A stretch of 61,834 nt of DNA, counting the filler, from Globobulimina sp. (Eukaryota): the NCBI GenBank assembly GCA_003354225.1. It is 26 parts of 26 records of this genome, joined end to end, with 100 filler letters (N's around TTAATTAATTAA, not from the genome) between each part and the next. Parts side by side here need not be neighbours in the genome. Positions count along the whole stretch, not along the records: positions 35,741 to 38,022 come from PIVH01007683.1; positions 38,123 to 40,404 come from PIVH01007684.1; positions 40,505 to 42,786 come from PIVH01007685.1; positions 42,887 to 45,168 come from PIVH01007686.1; positions 45,269 to 47,549 come from PIVH01007687.1; positions 47,650 to 49,930 come from PIVH01007688.1; 20 more parts are not named here. One strand, given 5' to 3'. The position numbers and the translations under genes are program-made. Position 1 is the first letter of the stretch. Each line of letters opens with the position of its first letter. Positions 35,769-47,856 of this stretch are shown here, piece after piece. The notes beneath the pieces were generated by a model. It made no database searches, had not been told where the DNA came from, and saw nothing but the letters and a program-made list of their open reading frames with translations.

Positions 35769-37185
35769 ATGAAGGTGGGACGCAAACCACGCATACTCGT
35801 GGTGAACGATGACGGTATAAAATCATCCGGCTTGAAACAATTAGCATTAGCATTGGAAGAGATTGGTGATGTAGTAGTGGTATCAACCATTGATAACCAA
35901 ATTCATCCCTCATTCAGCATTACAATCCAAGAACAAATCCGTGCGAAAAGAGTAGACATTTGGGGTTCGAATATATTGACTTATGCAGTCACTGGATTTC
36001 CAATGAATTGTTTAAAATTCGCCTATGGCTATGTGATACCGAACGTATTGAAATGGGACACTTTAGACATTGTGATCGCGGGTATTAATAAAGGCAGAAA
36101 CGTGGGTACTGATTTATTATATTCTGGCACAATGTCGCTTGCCTGCGCTGCTAGGTTTGGCAACGAATCATTTATGCAAAATAATAAAACTCCAAAGTCC
36201 ATTGCTATCTCATTATGTCCACCGGCGATGATGTCTACCTCTTCGATGTTGAGCGCACAATTTGTGGATTGGCAGTTTGATGAAGCGGTGGAAATCAGGT
36301 ATATACACATTGACATTCCGATATATTCCGTATATTTGACCTATGTACAAAAAAAGTACGACGATTACGAGATTGTTATTAGAATCTGAGCAGACACCCA
36401 ATGTTGTTTGGAATGTAAATATCCCGCCAAATCCTAAACGAATGGATGAGAAATATTGTTGGGCGGTGACTAAACCGGCGGATCTGGAATATGACCCAAA
36501 TAATTTGATAACCATTACAAAGGATGATGAGAAATTAAATTATCATGATTTTAAGATAAATCCGCCATTAACCCCTTCATTGAAACAATATGCAGAAGGA
36601 ATAGGTTCAGATTTAAATGCATTGAAAAATAATATCATTTCAATCTCTCCCATTGAAGTATCACCGGCATTGCATACACCATTGCATGCTACGAATAATT
36701 TAATTAATTTCATCACAAATAATGATGAATTTTACTTAGATTCGAAGTATTTATGGGAGATTTCAGTCAATATACGGCCGTTGAAGTGTATTGTTCAATG
36801 TTTACAACATTGGTTAGAATTAAAGGAACGAAATAATAATGTTAATAATGAGCGTAGTTTATTGCAGACATATACATTATATTTGGAACGGGATATTAAA
36901 ATTTGTGGCGAGAAGAATAAATTTTCAATGATTTTAACAAATCAATTTGAATATGATGAGAATGCGGAGAAATTCAATAATACATTAACTTGGAATGAAT
37001 TAAATCAATTATATGATGTTTTAAATGATATAGAAATGCAAACAAATTCATTCCAAGAAAATAGGAAAAATAATGTGTTTAATATTGTTCTTAAAGGAGC
37101 AATTTTTACTGCAGTCACTGGTGTGGTTATATATTCGATCGGCTTTTTGAGGCAAACATACCTTACAAATGCAAAAAACAAATGA
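35769..37185 (+). CDS. surE: SurE-family nucleotidase with C-terminal extension and tail TM; intron about 36299-36356
   Basis: RILVVNDDG, DIVIAGINKGRNVG..LLYSGT, WNVNIP, GSD..AL....ISISPI. Confidence 0.88.
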
Positions 37186-37290
37186 TATTTTCCTGTTCGC
37201 AGTTTGTTGAACGTTTCCTATTTAAACAAAAAAATGAAAACTGACACTAAAAAATGATAATTTAAATGCTACATTGTGACTGTTTTGTTT

Positions 37291-38022
37291 TTAAACATCA
37301 GCCATATGCGTTGTTTTGAGCGCATATCTCATGACAGCAACACGCACGCACCACATTATTGTATGTAAGATATTGGATATAACATCGGCCCAATATGGTC
37401 CTCCTAAATTCAATGAATCAAATACCACCGCATAGTAATTATCACCATCATTACATTCACTCTCTGTACGTTCACATTGTCCGCGTAATGTGTCATCTGC
37501 CACAGATTGACACGTTGATGTCCAAACATGTCCTGTTAATTGCATATAATACAATGCTGCAAATGTAGCGACTATGTGTCATAATGTACATACTGTATAC
37601 AATCATATTTATTTGCGATTTTGCGTATAATACTTAACAAGTTCCAAATATTAAGAATGTCGCTTTCAATAAAAAAATGAGTGTTTCACAGCAACATTTT
37701 TTACCCCAATTCTTACATTTACTACATTTTTCCGCTTGTTCTGCCTCCTTTTCATCCGGCTTCACATTTTTTAAACATGAACGAAGATCCAACAACAATA
37801 AAAACACCAAGCCGACACATTTTGCAATTAATACGCCATTTAACCAAAAATAATTATAAAATGCAACATCGTCCAATATTTCCTGAGTACACAAGGTAGA
37901 ACCAAATGATTCGCCATATACACCATTTGTGTCTAATGGTACGATGGGTGGATCCACCAATTCTGCACATTCACCAATCTCAAAACAAACTTTGCCTGAA
38001 TCTTTTCTTTGACAGTAACCAT
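37291..38022 (-). CDS. Multi-pass membrane protein of unknown function, 5'-truncated, one intron
   Basis: Two ORFs with TM helices and Cys-rich loops separated by a GT-AG intron-sized gap. Confidence 0.55.
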
Positions 38023-38609
38023 NNNNNNNNNNNNNNNNNNNNNNNNNNNNNNNNNNNNNNNNNNNNTTAATTAATTAANNNNNNNNNNNNNNNNNNNNNN
38101 NNNNNNNNNNNNNNNNNNNNNNTTGTGTACAATCTACTGCATAAAAATACAAATCGATGTATTGCGAGAGTTATATTGCTATAATTATATTGTGTATAAT
38201 CTCTACTATATTAACTCTTGATATTGCTTTTTTGTTTGATTCTTGTTTCGTTTCACATGGAACAAATATTTTTTGTATAGGTTTGTTGAGCTCATACTGC
38301 AGGTCATGGTCATTCATTGCTATGTTAAATATCGTAAATGTCCCAATGGAATATTGATTTTTTTGATCATGATTCACATTTACTAATTCATTTCGATATT
38401 TTATTGAATTTGGGTTGGTGTATAATTGAACGAGTTTGGTAGAGGAAAAATAGCGTTTCCAGTTGTCACCAAATATACCACTGCTAATGACTTGGTATAC
38501 ATCAACCAACGACACATAATCACAAAGAGTTGGACCAAGTGCAGTAAATATTGAACCCATTAACTCAGTCTTTGACATTCTCAAAAACTTTACTCCACTC
38601 TACATACAG

Positions 38610-39821
38610 ATGGACGCTTGCACAAATAGCAACAATCCCAATCTACCAACATTAGAAATGATTCCACAACAAATCGCATCAATTACAAGACCAAATTCAT
38701 TCAAACTTCGAAACGGATGTAAATTCACTTCAGCAGCGGGTTCATGCGTATTTGAATTACATCACAATGGCTTTGGCTTAGCGTGTTCTGGCATGTATAT
38801 AATATATACATAAATAAATAGTACCCATACATATATAGATTGCCCCGCAAAGAAGGTGTTGGAATATTATCAATGTAAAATTCATAAAGCAGTCATGTGC
38901 TGTGTTTGTAAAGACAAAGCGCAAAAAGAAGAAACGCGAGAGACACAAAAAGATTCTGATCCAGAATATAGACCACATCAAAGAAAGTTAACTAACAAAA
39001 GACGAACAACACGAAAATCCAACCAACAAAGTGGAGACGAAGCAGGTATACAATATTCGATATATTCTGATCCAAAGCAACAGTCTCCAGCTAAAATAAA
39101 AATAGCTCAGAAAGCAAAACCAAAAAAAGCAAGGCAAAGAAACAGAACCTTTGATGATAAACAAAATGAACCACCGCCAAAACGAAGAAAAAGAAATGAA
39201 AACGTGCATGATTATGGTGATGATAATGATATATATTTGGCATTAGTTCATGTTAAGAAAGCTATGCAGAAAAAAGAACTTATGACCGAACGCATAAATA
39301 ATTTACAGAAACATAACAAGAGAGCCGTGAGTCAGGCGGCCAGGCGAACAAAAGAAGTGAATGCATTGCAAGGTCAGTTGAAGGAAAAAGAGAAAGATAT
39401 TTTGCAAAAAGAAAAAAGTATACATTGTTTAAGTGGGACATGCGATGCAATTAAAGCAGAAAAGTGTGCGTTGGAAATGGAGATAATTGGATTAAAAAAT
39501 AAAAATAAAATTGTAGAAACTGTAAAAAAGAAATTGGATCAACAAGTAAAGAAAAATGGAGAGTTGCTATTAAAATTTAATAAAAAAGTCACAGAGTTGC
39601 AATATAAAAATAAGATATTGGATGCTGAAATGAATAAAAATGCAGCGTTACAATCGCGATTTGATGAAAATGTGCAAGAAGTGGCTAGTTTAAGACAGCA
39701 AGATGTTGCGTCGAAAAAAGAAATACAATCACATCATGACGAAAAAAGGAAATTGAAAAAATTATATGGTTCATCATATGGTGAATTTCATAAACAGCTT
39801 CAAAGTTTTCTACAGATTTAA
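38610..39821 (+). CDS. Zn-finger and coiled-coil protein; probable GC-AG intron 38791-38838
   Basis: Splicing gives CSDC...CKIH...CCVC, then an NLS-like PPPKRRKR and a long heptad-rich region. Confidence 0.6.
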
Positions 39822-40121
39822 TTTTGCTGTATTAAGTAAAGCAGATACATTTTTTTTTCTTTATACAATCACAATCTTGAGATGCTTATTAATATCGATA
39901 TCATGGGGCGTTCTTGTAATCGATTCCAATTTGCGTTAAATCTCCATTTATATCAAACAATGTAACTCCAGGATAGTTGTCCATCGATCTGTAAACCATG
40001 AATATCTCTCCAATCTATCATATGATTGTAATATCGGCAAAGCAGCTTTAAACAAATTGTCATTCACTTGTTCATTACCATTAATACACGAAAATTCTGT
40101 CAACCAAAATGGATATATAAT

Positions 40122-40325
40122 AAAGGCGTTGTCCCAACTTGTAGAATTCTACAACATTTCATGTACAAGACTGTGCATGACTTGTAGACTGTACATGACT
40201 TGTAAACATGGCAACTTGTAGACTGTGGATAACAATATCCACTCTTTCTTTCAACTCTGACGGTGTGCATGTTGGGACAACTGCGAAACTACCTTTCAAA
40301 TTCTACAAGTTGGGACAACGCCTTT
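40122..40325. mobile_element. 204-bp MITE with perfect 27-bp terminal inverted repeats (PIF/Harbinger-like)
   Basis: AAAGGCGTTGTCCCAACTTGTAGAATT (40122-40148) and its exact reverse complement (40299-40325); internal ACTTGTA repeats. Confidence 0.9.
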
Positions 40326-40504
40326 CTAACAAAATGATATTCCATTTTAATGGGTCTTTCGTAGCGAACAAAGGTTAAATCAAACCCAACCAAAGTGAAT
40401 AAATNNNNNNNNNNNNNNNNNNNNNNNNNNNNNNNNNNNNNNNNNNNNTTAATTAATTAANNNNNNNNNNNNNNNNNNNNNNNNNNNNNNNNNNNNNNNN
40501 NNNN

Positions 40505-42786
40505 AACTCAAAATATTGTCAAATATTTCGCAGCAAAAATTAATATTACTGATGGTTATCTTCTCAATATTTGGAAATAACACATTGATTAAAGCAATAT
40601 CAATCCATTCATAATTTGAGACGCAAAGTATTTTCAGCATTGGCAAATACATATTTTTTAATTTCAAATAATGGATTCGTACTCGTTTTTTATTTTCACA
40701 ATATATGTTACACATTTTCTTTCCGTATTCGCTCAAATCAAATGACTTATAACTGGAGTGTTTATATGATAACTGAGTTGAAATAATACAAAACATCAAC
40801 CGAGTCGTTTTCACAGTAGGCTTTTGATGCATTTTTGTGCTGTATATTGCAGCACTGTCGTTATGATGCATTACTATTTTTGTGCTGCACATTGCATTGT
40901 CAATATGATGCAGTGCCTGTAGAATCGTATGATATTCGCCAGCGGTTTGAACATCAACAATGTTGCTAATTTTCAGCGTTTCTTTTCCTCCGAGGTTTTG
41001 ATTGAATAAACATTCTCCTTCGTGACCATAATCGGATAGCCATGCGGCAGAAATATATTTAGGATTTTGATATTTTACACACACAAATTCAAGAATTAAT
41101 CCAGATTTTGCTGCAAAATTTGTGGCCACTTCAAATGAGATTGTGGTGGACAAAGGACAACGAATCAAAACGCCATTATGATGTTTCCCACTCCCAACAT
41201 AACCGGGCAACACTAATTGTTTGCTACTCCCATGATACTTTCCCTTTATACATTTTTGTGCCAAATTGATGAACAAACATTTTCAAATACATTCCCATAA
41301 AATAAAAGTTATCATAATTTTTGCCATCATCCGTTCTATATGTTTTACTAAACTCATACTGCAATTCATCAAAATTACAATAAATTAAAAATGATAACAA
41401 ATGGTTTTCTGATAAGATCCATTCTATGCAATAACTGCATCGTTTATTTTTGTATGATGGGAATGTTTCTCTGCAAAACGAAGTTTGTAAATGAAGCTCT
41501 GCTTTTTTTAATTCGCTGTTAAACTGTGACACTGTTAAGCTGCTGAGTTTGTTTTGAGTGATTTCGTCTTTTAATGAGGAATATTTCCTGTTAATGGTGA
41601 TGGAATCAGCTGAATGTGTCTTTTCACCTTTATATTTATAAGTAAACGAATACCCAAAATTAAACTTTCCACTGTCTTGGTTATGTGGGTTATGTGAGTT
41701 ATGTGAGTTGTGTGAGTTGTGTGAGTTATGTGGAAATAATTGATTGTATCTGTTATTATTTATAGGATTTTTATCTACAGTTCTCTTTGAACGCAAAATT
41801 TGAATGGTTTTTAATAACTTTTGATTTACTAAATATACGTCATCATCATTATCATCATCATCATCTAGAGTCTTTATATTATTTATGAATCTTTTTTCTT
41901 GCATCGATAATCTATATCCAACATCATACGAATGTTGAAAGTAACAATGTATTTTGGCCAACACGCTCCGCAAAACATTGTTTTCATTGTTTTCAGCTTT
42001 TTGCCTGTTTTTTCTCATATGCATATAATATATTTTGCATTTACAAATATCACAATGATCAAATTGTTTTGCAATGAATTCAAATTCTTCAGCAGTATTA
42101 TGTTGATATATTAAATGTATATAATTATCCAGGATTTTCAATAAATTGTTCTGGTCCATATTAATTTTATTAACAGACTGATTACTATTCATTATTTCTG
42201 CTAATCTTGACAAATGATCACATTTTCGTATTTGATTATCAATGCATTGTGTTATTTGCGATTCAGGCTCAATTACAGTATGGTCACTTTTACGTACGTC
42301 ATTGATTAACTTTCTCTCTAATTGTATATTCTTTGCAATTTCTGATTTATCTAATTCTATATTCCATTTTCTACTGTCATCCTTATTATAAACAGGCATT
42401 GTTTTTGCTGCCGAATTTGTAGCATAATTATAAAGTTCCTGTCTTTTTTGTTTCATCTGAGCCATCCAAGCATCATCTCCATATGCTACAAACTTGCAAT
42501 TTAAATCACAACATAGATAAAATGCAAAATGTTCCAATGGCATTGATCTTTTGACAAACGATCGCCGTTTTACTGATAATAAATGCTCAACCTTATCCAA
42601 CTGTGTTTCTTTCATTTTTGCCATACATTTCGGACACACTAAGAAATTATCACCCATTATGTCTTCAAAATGGATTGTTACATTAAAATAGTTGATAACA
42701 TGTTTAAATATTTCCTTTGGTGTATTCAAAGAACCAACAAAACAATATTTTGGACAATGCTTTCGCTTTACCACTTTTTGATTCTG
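40505..42786 (-). pseudogene. Large protein with ADP-ribosyltransferase-like domain, frameshifted near 41235, both ends truncated
   Basis: ORF 41224-42774 continues in ORF 40505-41276 with YHG...PLSTT...VA.NFA...GLILEF...WLSDY.HEGECLF. HNS tandem repeat at about 41681-41730. Confidence 0.65.
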
Positions 42787-42886
42787 NNNNNNNNNNNNNN
42801 NNNNNNNNNNNNNNNNNNNNNNNNNNNNNNTTAATTAATTAANNNNNNNNNNNNNNNNNNNNNNNNNNNNNNNNNNNNNNNNNNNN

Positions 42887-44080
42887 CAGTTATTGTATCC
42901 TCGGTAATTTTTTCTGCAGCGAATTGTGTATTCATTAATCCCCAACCAAATTTATAATCCGGGCCATCATAGCTTCCTGCTTCATCGGCAGTATGTATAA
43001 CGAGGGCTTTTAAAGTAGCTGCCCTCATTTGGCTTCCGGTTCCGTTCAGGTTTTCAAAATGCTGAATCAACAACGCCAATGAACCTGCCACCGAAGGGGC
43101 AGACATTGAAGTTCCCGATAACGACCTATAATCATCATTCGCATCATCATCTGTTGAATACAAGCCGGAACCATTGGCAACAATGTCAGGTTTTACACGA
43201 CCATCATCGGCAGGACCCCAGGAACTGAAACTGGTCATTACCACATCAGAGGGTTGGGTATAGCCTCCAACAATGTCATTCACCGCACCAACTGTCAGAA
43301 TATTTTTTGCAGTCCCCATTTGGGGGATACAATCGTAGGGTCCATCGGGAGGATAGCTGCCATCACCTGAATCACCACGGTCGTTACTTGCAGACTTTAC
43401 TATCAGATGATAAGGACCGTAATATGCCACTTCGTCCCACAATCGGGCATTGTCATCGTAAAATCCGAAGAGATAATCTTCCTGATCACTTATGTCAGGA
43501 TCGCCCCACCAAACTCCACTATTCCATCCTCTTAAAAAACTATAGGAGTGATTACTGACTTGGGCCCCGGCCACTGACTCACTCGCCATTTCAGACACAC
43601 GATAATTCCAATCGAAAGCGCGCAAACCTGTAGCAAAAGCCATTCCCTTTGCCGATGTAACGACACCTGCAGCCATAATCGTTCCGGCTACATGAGTGGA
43701 ATGCCAATGGTTTGCTACAGAGTTGAGGTTTGTTACCCTGCTGCCAAATTCCTGATGTGTTGATAATACGTTTCCTGCATCCCACTGGCGAACTACAATT
43801 CCCGCTCCATCAAGGTCAAGCCCGGTTGCACCTCCTGTAAAAACTTCATTGGTTGAAATCGTTTTTGCAGCATTTGAATTATTTGTAATGAGGTATTGGG
43901 GATTCCCTTTATTATCGATGTATTGCATTTCAAAAACAACACTATCGCGTTCAAATCTGACAGGAAGATTTTGTGTTTGCGTAAATTCAAGCACCTCTTG
44001 TCTTTGTTGGGAGTAAAGGCGTGATTGCTGAGTGGTAATTTTTTGTAATGCTTCAATATTGGTTTCAACCTGAGAAAATG
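42887..44080 (-). CDS. Bacterial-type subtilisin S8 peptidase fragment (Bacteroidota-like)
   Basis: QWDAG (D), HSTHVAGT (H), SGTSMSAP (S), FSSWGPADDGRVKPD, GPDYKFGWG. No introns and higher GC. The frame extends upstream of 43994 to FSQVETN at about 44078. Confidence 0.92.
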
Positions 44081-45075
44081 TGTTTGAAGTCAGTGATGGA
44101 ACAGGAATGATGGTAGTAAATATTTGTGGAAACTTATATCCACCGATAACAATCCCAAAATCTGTATTGTGGCTAAAAAATAATTTTATACCAAAAAACT
44201 ATGATGTATTTATTGTATCGTATCCAAAATGTGGTACAACGTGGATGCAGAAGATATGTGTTGAAATCATGAAATTGGTTTTAACCAAGACCTGCACCGC
44301 AAAAACAAAAACAAAAACACGCACAGTTTATAATGATAATGATAATGATAAATATTTAAATATTGATTGTTCAAATCTTTATTTTGATGGCAAATTTAGC
44401 AATATTTACTATTTAGAATCGATGATCAACAACAATGCAAATTATTTCTTGTCATATTTATATTGCACTCATCAATTATATGAAAAGAATAGTAATTTTT
44501 TACGGTTTTGGAAATCACATAGTTTTATATCTTCATTCCCGACAAAACAAAGAAAAGAAAATAATAACAAATATATTTTAATTGTTCGCGATCCAAAAGA
44601 TGTTTTAATTTCATATTACGAATATTTAAAAGTAATCGGATATCCCATATTTAAATGTGAATTTAATAAATTTTTCCAATTATTTATTTGTGGCTGTATT
44701 CCTGGCGGCAATTATTGGGAATGGCTCATTGATTGGCACAACAATCGCAATCCCAATGTGCTATGGATATATTATGAGGATTTAAAACAAAACACAATGC
44801 AAACAATAGTGCGTATTATTAAATTTTTAAATTTTGATAATATTATCAATCGAAATGATGAAATTAAGACAATTATAAAAAACAGCTCTTTTAACGAAAT
44901 GAAATCAATGGTAGAAAGTGGCAGAGATAATTATCCGACACAGTTCTTCCGAAAAGGAATTGTTGGCGATCATCAAAATTATGACAAATTAACACAAAAA
45001 CAAATAGATATTCTAAACATGATTACAAACTGTAAATTTAATGCAATTAATATAAAGTATAAATATCAGTCGTGA
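44080..45075 (+). CDS. Cytosolic-type sulfotransferase (SULT), probably 5'-truncated
   Basis: DVFIVSYPKCGTTW, KSH, RDPKDVLISYY, YEDLK, SSFNEMK, FFRKGIVGD. Confidence 0.92.
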   Translation: MFEVSDGTGMMVVNICGNLYPPITIPKSVLWLKNNFIPKNYDVFIVSYPKCGTTWMQKICVEIMKLVLTKTCTAKTKTKTRTVYNDNDNDKYLNIDCSNLYFDGKFSNIYYLESMINNNANYFLSYLYCTHQLYEKNSNFLRFWKSHSFISSFPTKQRKENNNKYILIVRDPKDVLISYYEYLKVIGYPIFKCEFNKFFQLFICGCIPGGNYWEWLIDWHNNRNPNVLWIYYEDLKQNTMQTIVRIIKFLNFDNIINRNDEIKTIIKNSSFNEMKSMVESGRDNYPTQFFRKGIVGDHQNYDKLTQKQIDILNMITNCKFNAINIKYKYQS

Positions 45076-45089
45076 CCTGATATAGACCC

Positions 45090-45118
45090 TTGACCCTTCA
45101 GAAGGAGGCTACTAAAAT
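45090..45118 (+). promoter_or_regulatory. Possible bacterial sigma70 promoter / RBS-like sequence
   Basis: TTGACC-N17-TAAAAT, with AAGGAGG in the spacer; could be chance. Confidence 0.3.
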
Positions 45119-45381
45119 TATGAGAAAACAGTCTAGCAATGAACGATATATAATTTTTACATCTGTTGNNNNNNNNNNNNNNNNNNNNNNNNNNNNNNNN
45201 NNNNNNNNNNNNTTAATTAATTAANNNNNNNNNNNNNNNNNNNNNNNNNNNNNNNNNNNNNNNNNNNNTTGTCGTCTATGAGGTGAGAACACTGATATTA
45301 AGATTTTCTTGATAAGTAAGATTTTGCAAAACTCAGCCGTCAAACTAGAGAATGAATGTCTTCGTTCTATAAACCAGCTGA

Positions 45382-47549
45382 TTGAATATGTTTCCTCGTC
45401 GATATTTTGATGGATATTTTGGATATAAGTACGATAAGAACGTAGCATGGATATTGGACCAAACGCTTGATTCATATTGGACGCGAAATTCAAACTTAAA
45501 AGACTTTCGAGTCAAACAATATATTGAATCAAATGAGAATGATAATAATATAATAAATAAGCGTATAAATATGAGTGATATGGATATTATATCAGAATTT
45601 AAATTATTTTGCATAGATTATGTAAATGTTCCCTCAATGAGTCATTTATTAAGTTTTTCCAAATATTATTTATCCAATAACTTATTATCCCACATTGTGT
45701 TAAACATATCCGATGCTTTAATAATCCGTCAACAAATTGCATTAAACAGAAAATCCAAAAATATACTGACTGAAAATGCAAATCAACGCAGTTTATCTGA
45801 AAAAAACAATATCTCCTCCTCCGAATTAACAGACATTTCATCCATAATCGAGATAGGAATTAAATCAAACTTTGCAATGTTAAACTCAATAAAACCAAAT
45901 AAAAAGAATAAAATCTTAATCAAAATATTAACAGTTCTCACCAATTTGTGATGTCAGTTGGGTCCATTATCCCTTGTAAACAATCCATTCATTAAACTAC
46001 ACCAATTATTAATCAATTTATCCGTCAATTCCTCTCAATATAATATAAATAAATCATATCCATTGCAATCTCTATTAATATTAACCTTAAATCAAGCCAC
46101 ACTGAACACCACCATCAATACTATAAATACCTTATTTGATACTGGTATAATCAATAAATTATATATTCCCATCCTTGCACTTAATAACATATAACATATA
46201 TACATATACACAGTGTTACAATCACAGGAACAAAAAGAACAGGAATTAACAATGAAATGTCCCCAACCTTTGTATGATCTGATCAACAATTCATACGCCA
46301 TTACGTTACAAACACCAAATCCTAAATTAATTTCTGATTCGTTTGAGGTCTCCTTACCGATTCCCAATGTATTTAAAACCGCAAACGTAGCCATTATCGA
46401 TGCAAAAGAAGAGAAAAAAGACATAGATATTACTGCAGAAGTTGATGACGCAAAGGATGAAGAAAAAATAGATCCCAATGCAGAGAAGAAACTATTAGCC
46501 GCTAAAAAAGCAGCCATCAAACAAAGCTTAACAGACTTCAAAGCGCCACCCATTGGCGGTGCCATCACATCGTACAAAGCATATTTAATATATTTAAACG
46601 CCGCTGGTTTACACAAAATTGGTACTGGCTATGCCCAAACCATCAAAGGCAAAATATACAAAAGCATGAAACAAATCTATTTATCCGATACTAATATCGC
46701 TTGGATGACCACTTGGATCCACCACACCAACCAATATAACCATGAATGGATACTAATACGCTTTAGATTTGATATCGACAGCAATGACGATACAAATGGC
46801 GGACTGTCGGGTAAAATCTACGTAATTGATGCTGATAAGTTTACAATCCTCGGCGAAATGCATCAAAATGGTAAAGGCAGCATTCCCTCCGCCGATAACA
46901 CGGCGTATGACAGTTTGGGCGCTATCACCACCTGCAATGGGCCGATATTTGTCAACCCAGAAAGCCAGACATTAAATGCATTCATATTTAACGAGAGCGC
47001 CGATGATGTCATTACCTTTAAAATCCAACAATTTGCACTCCCCAAACTAACCTATGTGGAAAAGGGCGATATTGAAATCTATGGTGCTTCGAAGAAAAAA
47101 GAGTCTAAATTAGGTAGTAAAGGCAGAGCGGACGCAAGTGCCTTTGGATGGGGCCAAAATGGTTCGGGTGGCTTAGGTCTCACCGACACAGCGTCCAAAA
47201 CTACGCCCACTGCGTTGCATTTATTGCCCAAAATCCGCTTCGAAAAATGTTTTGCAGGCAATGAGACCTCGTTTTTTGTCACGTCCTCCGGCGCCGTGTA
47301 TGCGAACGGACGGAATGGATCCGGTCAGTTAGGACTCGGTAAAGGCAATGTAAGCAATGCGATGAAACCGGCATTGATGAAACCGTTGGTGGGCCATAAG
47401 ATTATTAAGATCAGTGGTTCTCGACATGGATCGCATACTGTTTTCCTATCGGATAAAGGCAAAGTGTTTTGCGCCGGGAATAATGGCAATGGTCAGGTCA
47501 GGTTTTCCAAAGAAAATTCAGTGGCGGAGCCGTATTGCATTAATAACGA
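45382..47549 (+). CDS. Large RCC1-repeat protein (HERC/MYCBP2-like), fragment; intron 46145-46213; in-frame TGA at 45949
   Basis: FGWGQNGSGGLG, VYANGRNGSGQLGLG, HTVFLSDKGKVFCAGNNGNGQ. Confidence 0.8.
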
Positions 47550-47856
47550 NNNNNNNNNNNNNNNNNNNNNNNNNNNNNNNNNNNNNNNNNNNNTTAATTA
47601 ATTAANNNNNNNNNNNNNNNNNNNNNNNNNNNNNNNNNNNNNNNNNNNNGAAGGAGGTATTCATGCCGTTCTTGCTCCAAATATTCAAGATACCGCTAAA
47701 TAATAATTAAATAAAAATCCTAATTAATTTGTGGTGTAGAATTCATGCATAAAAACAGATGAACATTTTTTTGAAAACGCACGTGTGTAAATTCATAACC
47801 AATTTTCCGTGAACCAATTTTAATAAATACGATTTTCTAACATTTTGAGCAAAGTC

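Noticed and set aside
47650-47703. AAGGAGG followed by ATG as a bacterial gene start
   Set aside because: Reads better as the last codons of a host gene (EGGIHAVLAPNIQDTAK*).
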